Origin: Callorhinchus milii
Taxonomy: Eukaryota
NCBI RefSeq assembly: GCF_018977255.1
Contig: NW_024704742.1
Location: 41,294,001-41,358,000, forward strand
Length of the DNA: 64,000 bases
Direction: 5' to 3'
Part shown: piece by piece, positions 1 through 11,300 of the stretch
Position numbering within the stretch: position 1 is the first letter of the stretch
Layout: each line of letters begins with the position of its first letter
The notes under the pieces: generated by a model
Database searches by the model: none
What the model was told of the DNA's origin: nothing
What the model saw: the letters and a program-made list of their open reading frames with translations, nothing else
Position numbers and translations under genes: made by a program

Positions 1-539
1 TGAAGATATATTTTTATTTCCAATTGCAATGAGTAGCTGCTTTTGAACAGATGGAGTTCTGTTTGAGTGACATCATGAATAGCAGTGCTACCCACAGATA
101 TCTGCCGCCATTCATGACCTTACCAGCTAGTTATCTGCAACCAGTGGGTTTAAAGTATAAAACATAAAAGAAACTGGGAGGGCTCAGTATCATCAGAAAC
201 ATTCGCATTTACTATTAAACATGTGCTTTCCTTTTGATTCAATGCATGAGGGATAAGGGAATAGAGGAATATAATAGGGGATAGAGAGGAGATTTAGTCC
301 AATTGGAGCTCATTTCTGTAAGTAATGCATGAACCTTGGGCCAAATGGCCTGTTTTAGTGATGTCCAGTTCAGATGATAATAAATAATAATCCTTACATT
401 GGTTTCGAAAAAAAACATTTAACTTTGGGGCCAGTTCAGCTCTGAGGAGACTGCACTTGGCCCCCGGCCCACCACCCCTCACACACACACACACCACCAT
501 GCTGAGTAGCTGATGTGGTTACTTTGAGGCTTGGGACAA

Positions 540-1572
540 CAGGTTTGGAGATGCGCATTTATATATTTGGGGTTTGGTATCTACCTTCATTGGTTGGCAG
601 TGAAGTAAGTAGGTGCTGGGAACAGGGATTCTTCCCACTCAATTCCTTTCAATCTTGCAATCCAAAGCCCTTTTGGGTAGGGTGGACAAACACCAGCGGT
701 AGGAAGCTTGCAACACAGTGCTCTCAATTGCAAGCTATGCGGTTTCAGCTGATTAAACTCCAGCAGTACCCCGGTGCACACTCTGGGGTCCCCAAGCCTT
801 TGCTGTTGCACTTAATACTCTACAGAATGAGGTAAGCATGATGTGTTCTTTCATGGAGACAGTCTGACTTCCATTTCAGGTTCAGGTAAATTGCCATCTG
901 TAGGTTGCATAATAGGTACGTGGACCTCGGTATGAGTTGGATACTTCTAAGCATGGTGATAAGCACCATTGTGTGCTAGATACTCAGTAGATCAAGAAAC
1001 ATGGAGCTTCTGCAGAAGCTCTGTATGTCTAACTGGTGGTATCAAGGTTCATTGGATACGGCTGTTGTTTGAACTGTGGGCAGTTGGATGATGGCACCTG
1101 CTATCCACCGTGTAGGAGTTTGAATGTAATTATTAGATGTCAAATGACCAACTAGTGACTATCCTCCCTAGGGCTCAAGAGGTAAGCGGATGCTTCTTGC
1201 CTCTGAGCTGGCAACAAGGTGATGTATTTGACATCAGCATATTGGAATTGAGTTACCCTCTGTGGCAATCTTAGTAGTCTAGTTTCTGAGCGAGCTTAAG
1301 GTGGGTTCTTAGTGTTCCAAAGAATCGTTGATGATAGACCAGCTAGCCTAGCTTATTGGCAAGGCTCGGAGATGTATACCAACCACTGAGGACAGTGATT
1401 CTTCCCACTGAGCTCTTGTTGACTCTTCAAGCCAAAGCTTTACTGGGGAGGGTAGTCCAAGCTGGACAAGCAGCAGAAAGCTTGCTAGACAGTATTTGCA
1501 ATGGCAAGCTATGTGTTTATAACCAGTTAACCAACAGTGTCCCAATGAACACTGGGTTCCCTAAGCCTTGAA
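540..1572. repeat. Unclassified interspersed element bounded by diverged ~180-bp direct repeats
   Basis: 620-805 aligns by eye with 1400-1572; pieces recur at about 30160-30530, 57250-57605, 59243-59430 and 62745-62890. Confidence 0.65.
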
Positions 1573-1590
1573 TTTTGCCAATCTGTTTGT

Positions 1591-1957
1591 GGAGATCTGT
1601 AGCGTGTTGGTTGGAGCACTCACATCGCAAGTGAGAGGACCTGGGTTCGATTCCCAGGCAGGTTGAAAACACTAGACAAGTGTACTTACTACACAGGCTT
1701 CTGTTTACCTAGCAATAAGTACGAATCCGGTTGTTAGTCGATTGGTGGATAGCTTTTCCGGGTGTAATAAACCCTTTTAAAAAATAATAATTATTTAAAA
1801 AATAATAACTTGATCTACGACTGTTTGTGGTACATTGCTGGACGCAATTGGCTTCTGTGTTTTGCCCAGAAAATATACAGTCAATTCACTTTACAGTATA
1901 CTGTGAAGCGCTTTGAGACGTCTTGAAAATGTGATAAGACAAGGATTATTGTATTAC
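1591..1957 (+). mobile_element. tRNA-derived SINE, long subfamily
   Basis: tRNA-like head with B box (GGTTCGATTCC), Deu-like core tgtttgtgg...gcgcaattggct, L2-type tail. Confidence 0.88.
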
Positions 1958-2208
1958 ATATATTATAATACTTTCCAGAATTAGGAAAGCGGGCTGAATG
2001 GCTTCAATGCACATTCCATTGTCGACACAGGGAATGCATATGTGGAACTCTAATTTGGATACTCTTAAACATGGCTAAAGGTTTCTGTGTGTCAAACACT
2101 TAGCTAACTTAAAAAAGTTCAAATGTTGCAACGTTTCCACAAGTGAAAATTAAGCCTAATTTTCTATTTGTTTTTGTGTGTTACATAACCTTTGATTTGT
2201 TTTTGTAG

Positions 2209-2323
2209 GAGAAGAAAAACCTACAATCAACTGTTGTGAACTCTTCATTATTTTCCTCCCCTCTGAGCTCACGTAACTGGTCAAAGTTCAAAGCAGCTCA
2301 TTCAGTTCACAAAAATCACAAAG
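2209..2323 (+). CDS. HASPIN: Haspin exon (pre-kinase basic segment)
   Basis: ttttgtag|GAG...AAAG|gtaata; [38 protein letters not shown]; ends phase 1. Confidence 0.8.
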
Positions 2324-5300
2324 GTAATACGGGATTTTGTTAAGATAGTGGATATTAGTTTTAAAAGATCTTCTGTGGCTGAATGTGTAAATCTTTGTTT
2401 CTGATAGATTTACACCTAAATCAATAATACAGGTTGCATTTAAAAAAGTACTTTTAAGAGTAGAGGTTCTGCCATGCTTGAAATGGCAACTTGTCCTTAC
2501 TCAACCTGCACGTCCATAGATGTCTTTGCCTCAGTTCCCTTTCCACCTGGCTTTGAAATGTTGCAGTATAAATATTAACATGGTTATTGAACTTATTGCT
2601 CTCCAGTGAAATGAAACTGATTAGTGATATTTGGAATTAGAGTTCACAGCAAATATAAGCTCTCATAGTTTTTATTCTGGCCCTTTGAATTGTGTGTCAG
2701 CCTGGCTTAGTTAGTAGTTCTCTTGCCTCGGAGTCAGAAGGTTGTGGGCTCAAGCCCCACATTGGAACTTGAACTCTCGCATAATCTAGTCTGTCACTCC
2801 AATGCAGTGTTGTGTGAGAGTTGCATTTTTGGAGGTGTTGTCCTTCAAGTGAGACAATAAATCTGTTCAGGTGGACGTTAAAGACCCCATGGCATTACTT
2901 GAAAAGAGAAAGGAGTTTCTCCTGGTGTCATGGCTAACAATCCTCCAAATAAAATTGGACATTTGTTTCATGGCTGTTTGTGAGTCATTACTGTGTCAAA
3001 TGGGATGCTGTGTTCAACCACCTGTTTGTACTTTGAGACGTCATCCAGATATGAAAAGTGCTGTACCAAATGCAAGGGTTATTTCACCATTGGGCTTCTA
3101 CATTTGGCTGACTGTGGCGCTGTGGCACCCTGCGTCACAGAGTACGCACAGAGCCAAGCAGCAGGAACAAAATAAAGAACACAGAACAAAGCTAAGCACC
3201 AGCAACAACAAAGTTACATTTTTAAAGCGCCATTCACGTCGGAGGGCGTCCCAGTGATTATAAATTATACATTTATATTTATCATGATACAGATGCGTAA
3301 GTGAAAATCAAACCTCTCAAGGATAAGTAAAAAATGCTAGCCAAAAGGGAGAAGGTCCATTAAATGAAACTGAAGAACAAAGTCCTCCCAGAGGAGTCCT
3401 CCCAGACGAGTATAGATAAAGATGAAATGTCTGTCTATGTGTCAATCTACATTCCATATTGGATCCTTTGGTTGCAAGCATAGTTACAACGGGTACAGCT
3501 AGAGTAAAATAAATCTAGAAATCAGGAACTTGTAATTGTTGTAACTAACTATTAAATGTATTTTTCCTTTTGCTAGCAATCATTACACCTTTGAAAACTG
3601 TTTGCACTATGTCATATCAACACAATCAGGAAACCCCACGCTCTCTACCAAAAGAAAAGGATACCGACCAAAATAATTTTCCTACTTCTGAGACCAACTT
3701 GGAATGGAGAACCGTTTCCTCTAAAACTTCAATTACTAATAGAATAAGAAGGACCAGAGTCTCCAGAAATTCCTTCTTGGTATGTATATTGATTGAGTGT
3801 ATCAGTTTATGGAAAAAAATTACTGCAAATGTTGAAGTGTTATATAACAAAGTGAAAACTTAGCAATGTGCTTTATTTTTGATCACATAACATTTCAGCC
3901 GGAATCAAGTGAAAAATTCTGCCCGATGAAAGACTGATTTTCTAATTATACCTTTCCACTGACAGAAATATATCTAGTTCATTTTGTTTAGCGGTAGTGA
4001 GCCCAATTATTTTTATTGATCTCAGAGCTAGTATTTCAATGCCACTTCACAGTATACACGATGAATTACGTCAGTACCCTCTTTTTTAGCTGCACTGAAT
4101 TACTCTCCACTTTTTGGAGCAATAAATGGAGAGCTGCAATCTTTAGGCCCAACTATTTTGGTGAAGCTTCGGGTGTAAGTTTTGCATTCCTAAACCTGTT
4201 GATAGATGAGTCGGAATTCCAATTTTTAGTGATGTGATTATCAACAGTGAGAATTGTGACAGAACATTCAGGAATGTCTGAAAATGAATCGCAAAGCTAA
4301 CAACATTCTCTAACTGCAACCTGCAGTCCTTCCAATTCGCTCCTTCCCCTCATTAAAGGCCTATCTCGAGAATTTTATTGTGCTTTTGGTTATCTTTCCC
4401 CTCCCCACCTCTTCGCCTCCTAGCCCAAGCTCAGGTACCCAGCGGGCAGTGTGGAGCACTTTGAGATGTGAAAGACGCTGTATAAATGTCTGTTTTATTG
4501 TATATTTAAAAAATATATTCTACTGTTGAATTTTATAAAAAGGAATTTCAAATGCTTCATTCACTTGAAAATTGTTAATGGTTTTATATAGTTCAATATT
4601 TCCTTTGTTAACTGTCTACAGGACAGTGGGTCATCACTAATGCTGTTCCTCAGTAATGAACAGAGAGTATACCGGGAATGCCAGCAGGATCGACCCATCT
4701 CCTTCAAAGAATGCATACCACTGAGCAAGTTCAAGAAGTGTGACAAAATTGGAGAGGGAGTTTTTGGGGAAGTATTTCGGACTATAAATGATAATGGCGA
4801 ATTCATGGTATTCAAGGTACTTATCAAAAGACTAAGAAAGACGAAGAAAAGAAAGTTTAAAGATGTTGATGATGAATGTTGATGAATTTAATTTTTAGAA
4901 GCAAGAATGTAATGCACACTACCTCAAAATATTCTTTTAATCTGTAATTTTAGGTTAACATTCAATCAATTTACTCCATCAGCAAGACTGAGGCCTTCCT
5001 GATTGGCTCGCGCCAGCGCCTCCGCACCTCAGGCACTGGCAGCATCCGCCTCCACGGCTGCACACTCAACCTCACTAAGCCAGTCAGGAACCTGAGTGTC
5101 TTGTTTGACCCTGAACTGTCCGTTCTCCCCCACATCCCGGCAGTGACCGGCACAGCCTACCAACCCCTCCGCAACATTGCCGGACTCCGCCACTGCCTCA
5201 CCCCTCAGGCTGCCGAAACCCTCACCCACGCATTCGTCACATCAAGGCTTGACTATGGAAACTCCCTCCTCATCGGCCTTCCCAACTCTTCCCTTCACAA

Positions 5301-8300
5301 GCTGCAGATCATCCAAAACTCTGCAGCTCGTGTACTCTCGCACATCAGACTCTGTGACCCCATCACTCCCACCCTCGCCCGACTCCACTGGCTCCCCATC
5401 CCCCAGAGGATTGAATTCAAGATCCTCATCCTCATTTTTAAGTCCATCCATGGACTTGCCCCCTCCTACCTCTCTGACCTGCTGACTCCCTACCAACCTG
5501 CCCGCTCCCTCCGTTCAGCGGGCTCCGGCCTGTGCTTTCAGCCTCTGCCCCCACACTCTGGAACTCCATCCCACAGGCCCTTTGCCTCGCTTCCTCCCTT
5601 GCCTCCTTCAAGGCCAGTCTCAAGACCCTCCTCTTCGATCGTGCCTTCAGTCGCCCTCCCACCTCTCTGCCTTCCCTCACACCTACCCAACCCCTCCCCC
5701 ATGCTCGGGCCGCGACAGCTGACTGTCCAGCGCCTCCCAACATGAAAGGCATTATATAAATGTAATTTTGTCACTTGTTGTCTAATACTAACATAAATAT
5801 TGTATATATAGTAGCTGACTTGATTCTTTCTGTATGTCAATTCATGAAACTGTGATTGATATGCAGATAATTCCGATAGAGGGAGCGAAATATGTGAATG
5901 GTGAACCACAAAAGAAGTTTGAAGAAATTCTTTCCGAGATAATCATTTCAAAGTAAGTAGACTTTTTAGAATGTGTGTTTGTCAATTGTTAAACAAAAAT
6001 ATATTTGAAAGTACAGTAACCCCACGGCTATCTGGACCCCAAGTATCTGGGATGAGGAATTAGCCGCACCAGATCCGAAAAAGAAAAAATCCACGATTCA
6101 AAGGTCCACCCTGCGGTTTAAAACTCCTGCCGGTACACATGATGCCCATGGTTTGACACTATTGGTTGAGCCGAGGGCATCAACAGAGCGTCCGTGGTCA
6201 GTACAGAACTAGAGTTATCCTTTTGTTTATTTACAATTTCTTTTATTAGTTTATTTTAAATATTTGGGAGGATTTATTTTATTTATTTTAAATGTTAGGG
6301 ATTAGCAACCAGCCAGAAAATCTGACTCACCGTACTGGATCTCCTCCATATTGGTCCGATTAGTTGGGGGTTTAGTGTATAAATTTCAATTAACAGATGC
6401 TCGTGCTGGGAGTAAAGTGCTGCTTAGCACTCTTATCTGCATCAAGGATTCACAGGTCTGGTACAATATGGATTAGATTTACAGTAATCTGACCTAACAT
6501 TTTGCTTTAATCCCAGCCTCCGAGAAGCTTCATCAGTGTATTATTTCCATTTTTATGCAAAGGATTCAGTTTTGCGTCTGTATTGTAGACCACATCGTGA
6601 GCAGCGAATACAGTATCCTATATTGGTGGAAGTATAGGTAAATCGCTGTTTTAGCCGGAAGCAGCGTTTGGGGCCCTGGACAGTGGGTGGGGGAAGGAGG
6701 TGAACAGATGGGTGTTGTATCTCCTGCATTGGCATGGGAAGGAGAGCAGGTGTTAGTGGCCTTGGAGGAGTGGAACAGGGAGTGACGGAGGGAGCAGTCC
6801 CTTTGGAATGCTGAGAGAGTACGGGATGGAATAATTTGTTTAGTGGTGGGATCACGCTGGAGGTGGTGGAAATGGTGGAGGATTATCCATTGAAAGTGGA
6901 GACTAATGGGGTGGAAGGTGAGGACTAGGGGCACCCTGTCACGGTTCTGGGAGGAGGGGGAAGTGTGAGAGCAGAGGTGCGGGGAATAGGATGGAGAGGG
7001 TCGAGGGCCCTACCTACCATGATAGAGGGGAATCCTTGGCGAAGGAAAAAGGAGAACATTTCAGAAGCTATGGTGTGGAAGATGGCATTGTCAGAGCAGG
7101 TGTGGCCGAGGCGGAGAAACTGGGAGAAGGGAATGGAGTCTTTACAGGAAACGGGGTGAGAAGAAGTGTATTCGAGGTAGCTCTGGGAGTTGATGGGCTT
7201 ATAGTAGATATCCGTGGATAGTCTATGCCCCGAGATGGAGATCAAGAAGTCGAGGAAGGGAAGAGTGAGAGATGGACCATGTGAAGGTGGGGGAGGGGTG
7301 GAAGTTGGAAACAAAATTAATGAAATTTTCCAGCTCGGGGCAAGAGCAGGAAGCATATCACTGTACTGGAAGAATAATTCAATGTATCCTACAAACGGCA
7401 GGCATAGCTGGGACCCATGCGGGTTTCCATAGAAACACCTTTTATTTGGAGGATGAGAGTGGAGTCAAACCAAATGTTGTTCAATGTAAGAACAAGTTCA
7501 GGCAGGCGGAGGAGGGTGGTGGTGAATGGAGACTGGTTGGGCCGCTGTTCCAGGAAAAAATGGAGATGTGGACATGTGACAACGGAGATCTTACTTATCT
7601 TATTTATGTTGGGCCTTTTGAGCCTTCAGAAAGAGGAGGCTATTTTTGATCTGGGTTCAAATCCAGATCCCGGAAGTAAGAGAACTTCATTCTTTATAAT
7701 ACTGCCACCTAATACTAACCAGATTTGGTGTTTAATAATTTTATCCATTTAATTTTAAATGAGAAAAAACATCTTTCACCCCTTAGGAAACTGCATCAAT
7801 TGAGTGAAGAAGGAGAAAACCACACTATTGGATTCATTTCTTTGCATAAGTAAGTGCATTTATTGGCCATAAACGTTTCATTTGAAATCTACAGATGTGT
7901 ACATTTTCCAGTACTACCATTATGAGTTAAATGTGAATTGGCTTTTTTTTAAAAGTAAGCAGTGTCCTTGAAGAATCTTAGGCTGTTTCTTACAAAATAT
8001 GTAGATCTAAAGAATTAGGGCCTCCTCGAAGCCTTTATTCACATTGATGGTATTCTCGAGAGAATATGCGGGCACGGTCAAACATTTGACTCTTGCAAAT
8101 GCAGCACTCCAAGATTAACATAATAATGCAGCAGAACAACCTTTATGCAGTGTAATGGTTAGAGCAGGAATTTTTTTTAAAAAAGACTGCCTTTGCCATT
8201 CGGTGTAAAAATAACAGTAATATTTATATAGTGACACAGAGCGCTAATACAGCAGAGCTCAATGCCAAGCTGGAGAGACAGGAGAGTTTCTTTCAAAATT

Positions 8301-11300
8301 TTGAGGATCAAAAGTTTTCTAATGGCCCTGACATAACCACATAAGCTACAGTTGTGGTATCCTGTAGTTTCGTGGTAGAGTGCTTGCCTTACAAGCGAGA
8401 GGAACCGGGATTGATTCCTGGGCAGAGCAAAACGTTGTTCATCTTTGCTTATTCCACACAACTCTGTTTACCTAGCAGTAAGTAGGAACCTGGTTTTAGT
8501 CGATTGGTGGATCACTTTTCCAGGGATAGTAATTCCTTCCAAAAATAAATAAATAATAATAATACTTTGGTCACTGAATCCATGACTGTTTGTGGGACAC
8601 TGCTGTGCGCAATTGGCTGCCGTGTTTCGCCCACAAAATATAAAGTCAATTCACTTGATAGTATATTTTGTAAAGTGCTTTAAGACGTCTTGAAGACATG
8701 ATAAGGTGCTATATCAAATGCAAGGATTATTACTATCATTAGTTTTGACCCAGTTTTGTTGATAGTAGAGGGAGAAAACCGAAAGTGATGTATGGCTTCT
8801 ACCAAAATTATGTATAAAAATAAAGCTGTACTGTGTAACATGGAGTTTTAAATCTTTTTTCAGTGATGCATTCATTGATTCTTGGTTTAGCTGCAGTCAC
8901 CCCTGCAATCATTAGCTTTTAGATCCATCTCCACTATAGCTTTGGCTTTTGAAGCTGAATCTTAACCAAAATGAGTGAGGCTGACATTTACATTAGCAAG
9001 TTCTTGTTTTGCAGTGTATATTGCGTCAAAGGTTCTTACCCTGGGGAGTTACTTAAAGCTTGGGACAACTATAATCAAACTAAAACCTCTGAAAATGACC
9101 GCCCAGGTAAGATATTGGTTGCTTTATTTCTGCAAATTTTACTATTTTATTTTGTAAAAGTTACTTCTATTAAACCCTGGTGAAGGGTAAAAGCTCTCAG
9201 TCTAGTATCGCAAAGTTTAAAAGAGAAGACAACCAAGGAGTATGGGTTAATGAAGGAGGTAAAGAATCGTCTTGAGGTCCTGGAAAAGAATGCTTAAATA
9301 AAAGGCAGTGTTATCGAGGAGGCGAAAGAAGAGCCTGTGTGACAGCAAATTTGAATCTTGGGAGGAGCAAAAGAGGAAGTGAACAGAATTAACAACCATA
9401 TTTATTTATGTATATTGGAGAAATACAGGAAAGCTTAGGGTCAGAGGTGAGAAGGATCGCCTGTATACTTTTTTTTAACAATTTTTCAATGGAAAGTGTA
9501 AACAAAGTTTCTTTAACACAGTTTCAGCAAATGAGGAATTAATGAACATTAATCTAATCAAAAAAGATGGTAAAGATTAAATAATCAAGCCATTCCACTT
9601 CAAACTGAATTAAACTTTAGTATGCAATTTGAAGGAAATTTATGACTGAAACCGAGTCATCAGTAAAAGAATAAAGGGGTTAGCTTTAGTGGAAGTAGGA
9701 TATATCTAGCATAAATAGGATATTTCTCAAATGACAAGAAAATTAGATAGCCATGCGCATACCTGTTCTGAAAGCATCATTGTTTGGAAGTGCATAATGC
9801 CAGACTGTCAGATATTAAGGTATGAAAAACACATTTTCCAAAGCAGTTTAGGAGATGCATAACACAGACAAGCTCACCTGAGGTGTACATCATGTTTATA
9901 GTTATGCTGGCTATTCTGGGTTAGGACAGTTTTCGTGGGCATGGATAAATTGAGAACTAATCGCTGCTCCCTTAATTTTAAGAAGTACAGATTAAAAATT
10001 AATGGGTGGTAGTTTGTCAAGTAAAAAGTAAATTGGACAAGTGGTTAATTGGAGGCATTTACTAACATCATGTTGTCTCCCAAACAATTCCTCTAATATA
10101 AAGCAGGAATTTTGTTTGGCTGAATGAGAAGATGACAATTAATTGTTTGCAAAAGATTTAAAGAATGAGAATTGATATATTCTTGGTTCTCAGAGGTTTG
10201 CTTTTGTCTTACAGTTTCCTGCTGCCTATCCCACACTGTTTTACTGTCATTTCTAATCTGCAAGAAACTACAGATAATCAACTGGGGAATTAAATAACCT
10301 CATAGTCAAATCCTTGAACTGCCAGAAAAACCAATTAGAATATTTGAACTTGGATTTGTAAAAACTCACTAAAAACATTAGAGTTACACATATAGCATTC
10401 AAAATCTTTCTAATATTCTAGTTTCTGATACAATAACAATTCTCAACAACTTTTGTATTTGTGATGTTTGTTTCACTCAATGGTAATTTGGAATATTTAA
10501 AACTAGAAAATTGAGAGATTTTTTTAATGTTCTGATTGAAAGTGGGGATAAAATTAAAATCTAAAATGTTGCAACTGACAGATTGAAAGTATCAGTAATA
10601 ATTTCTGGTTGAATGGATCTTTGTAATTTCATTAAATGATCACAATTAAAACATTGTTCAATAAGATATTTGTTTTTCTTTTAGATGAATCTAAGGATGA
10701 GCAACTTTACATGATTTTTGAATTTGAATTTGGTGGTTGTGATCTAGAAAGTATGAACACCAAGGTAATGTTTTGAGACATTCAATATAGATATACAGTT
10801 CTTCATGTATTTGTTGCTCAAATGTATTTAATTGAACTGTTCCAACAGATTCCTTCCATTGAAGTAGCAAAGAGTGTATTACATCAAATAACTGCTTCCT
10901 TGGCTGTGGCTGAAGTGGCTTTGAATTTTGAACATCGGTAAGAGAAACAAACTTCAATTCATTCTGTCCGATTTATTTTGTGTAGAATAAGAAAAATGTT
11001 TAAAATTGAACAGTGCTTATTTTGGATAGGTGGGTGCAGAGTCTGAAATAAGGCTGTGTGTTGTGTTTCAAAAACTGTTTTAGTATTGCAGAGCTCGAAT
11101 CTTGTTTCTTTTATGTTACTATGTGACTTTTGTTTGAATTTAATTTCAGAGACTTACACTGGGGTAATGTTCTCATCAAGCGAACAGCTCTAAAGCAGAT
11201 TGAATACTGTTTGGCTGGTACAACTTACAAGATTGACACTCATGGGTTTTTAGCTAATATCATTGATTATACTCTATCAAGAGTGGGAACAGGTCAGTGT

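Noticed and set aside
6505..6540. Hammerhead ribozyme next to the Penelope fragment (CTGATGA plus a short stem on -)
   Set aside because: The required GAAA box after stem II is absent (GGGA).
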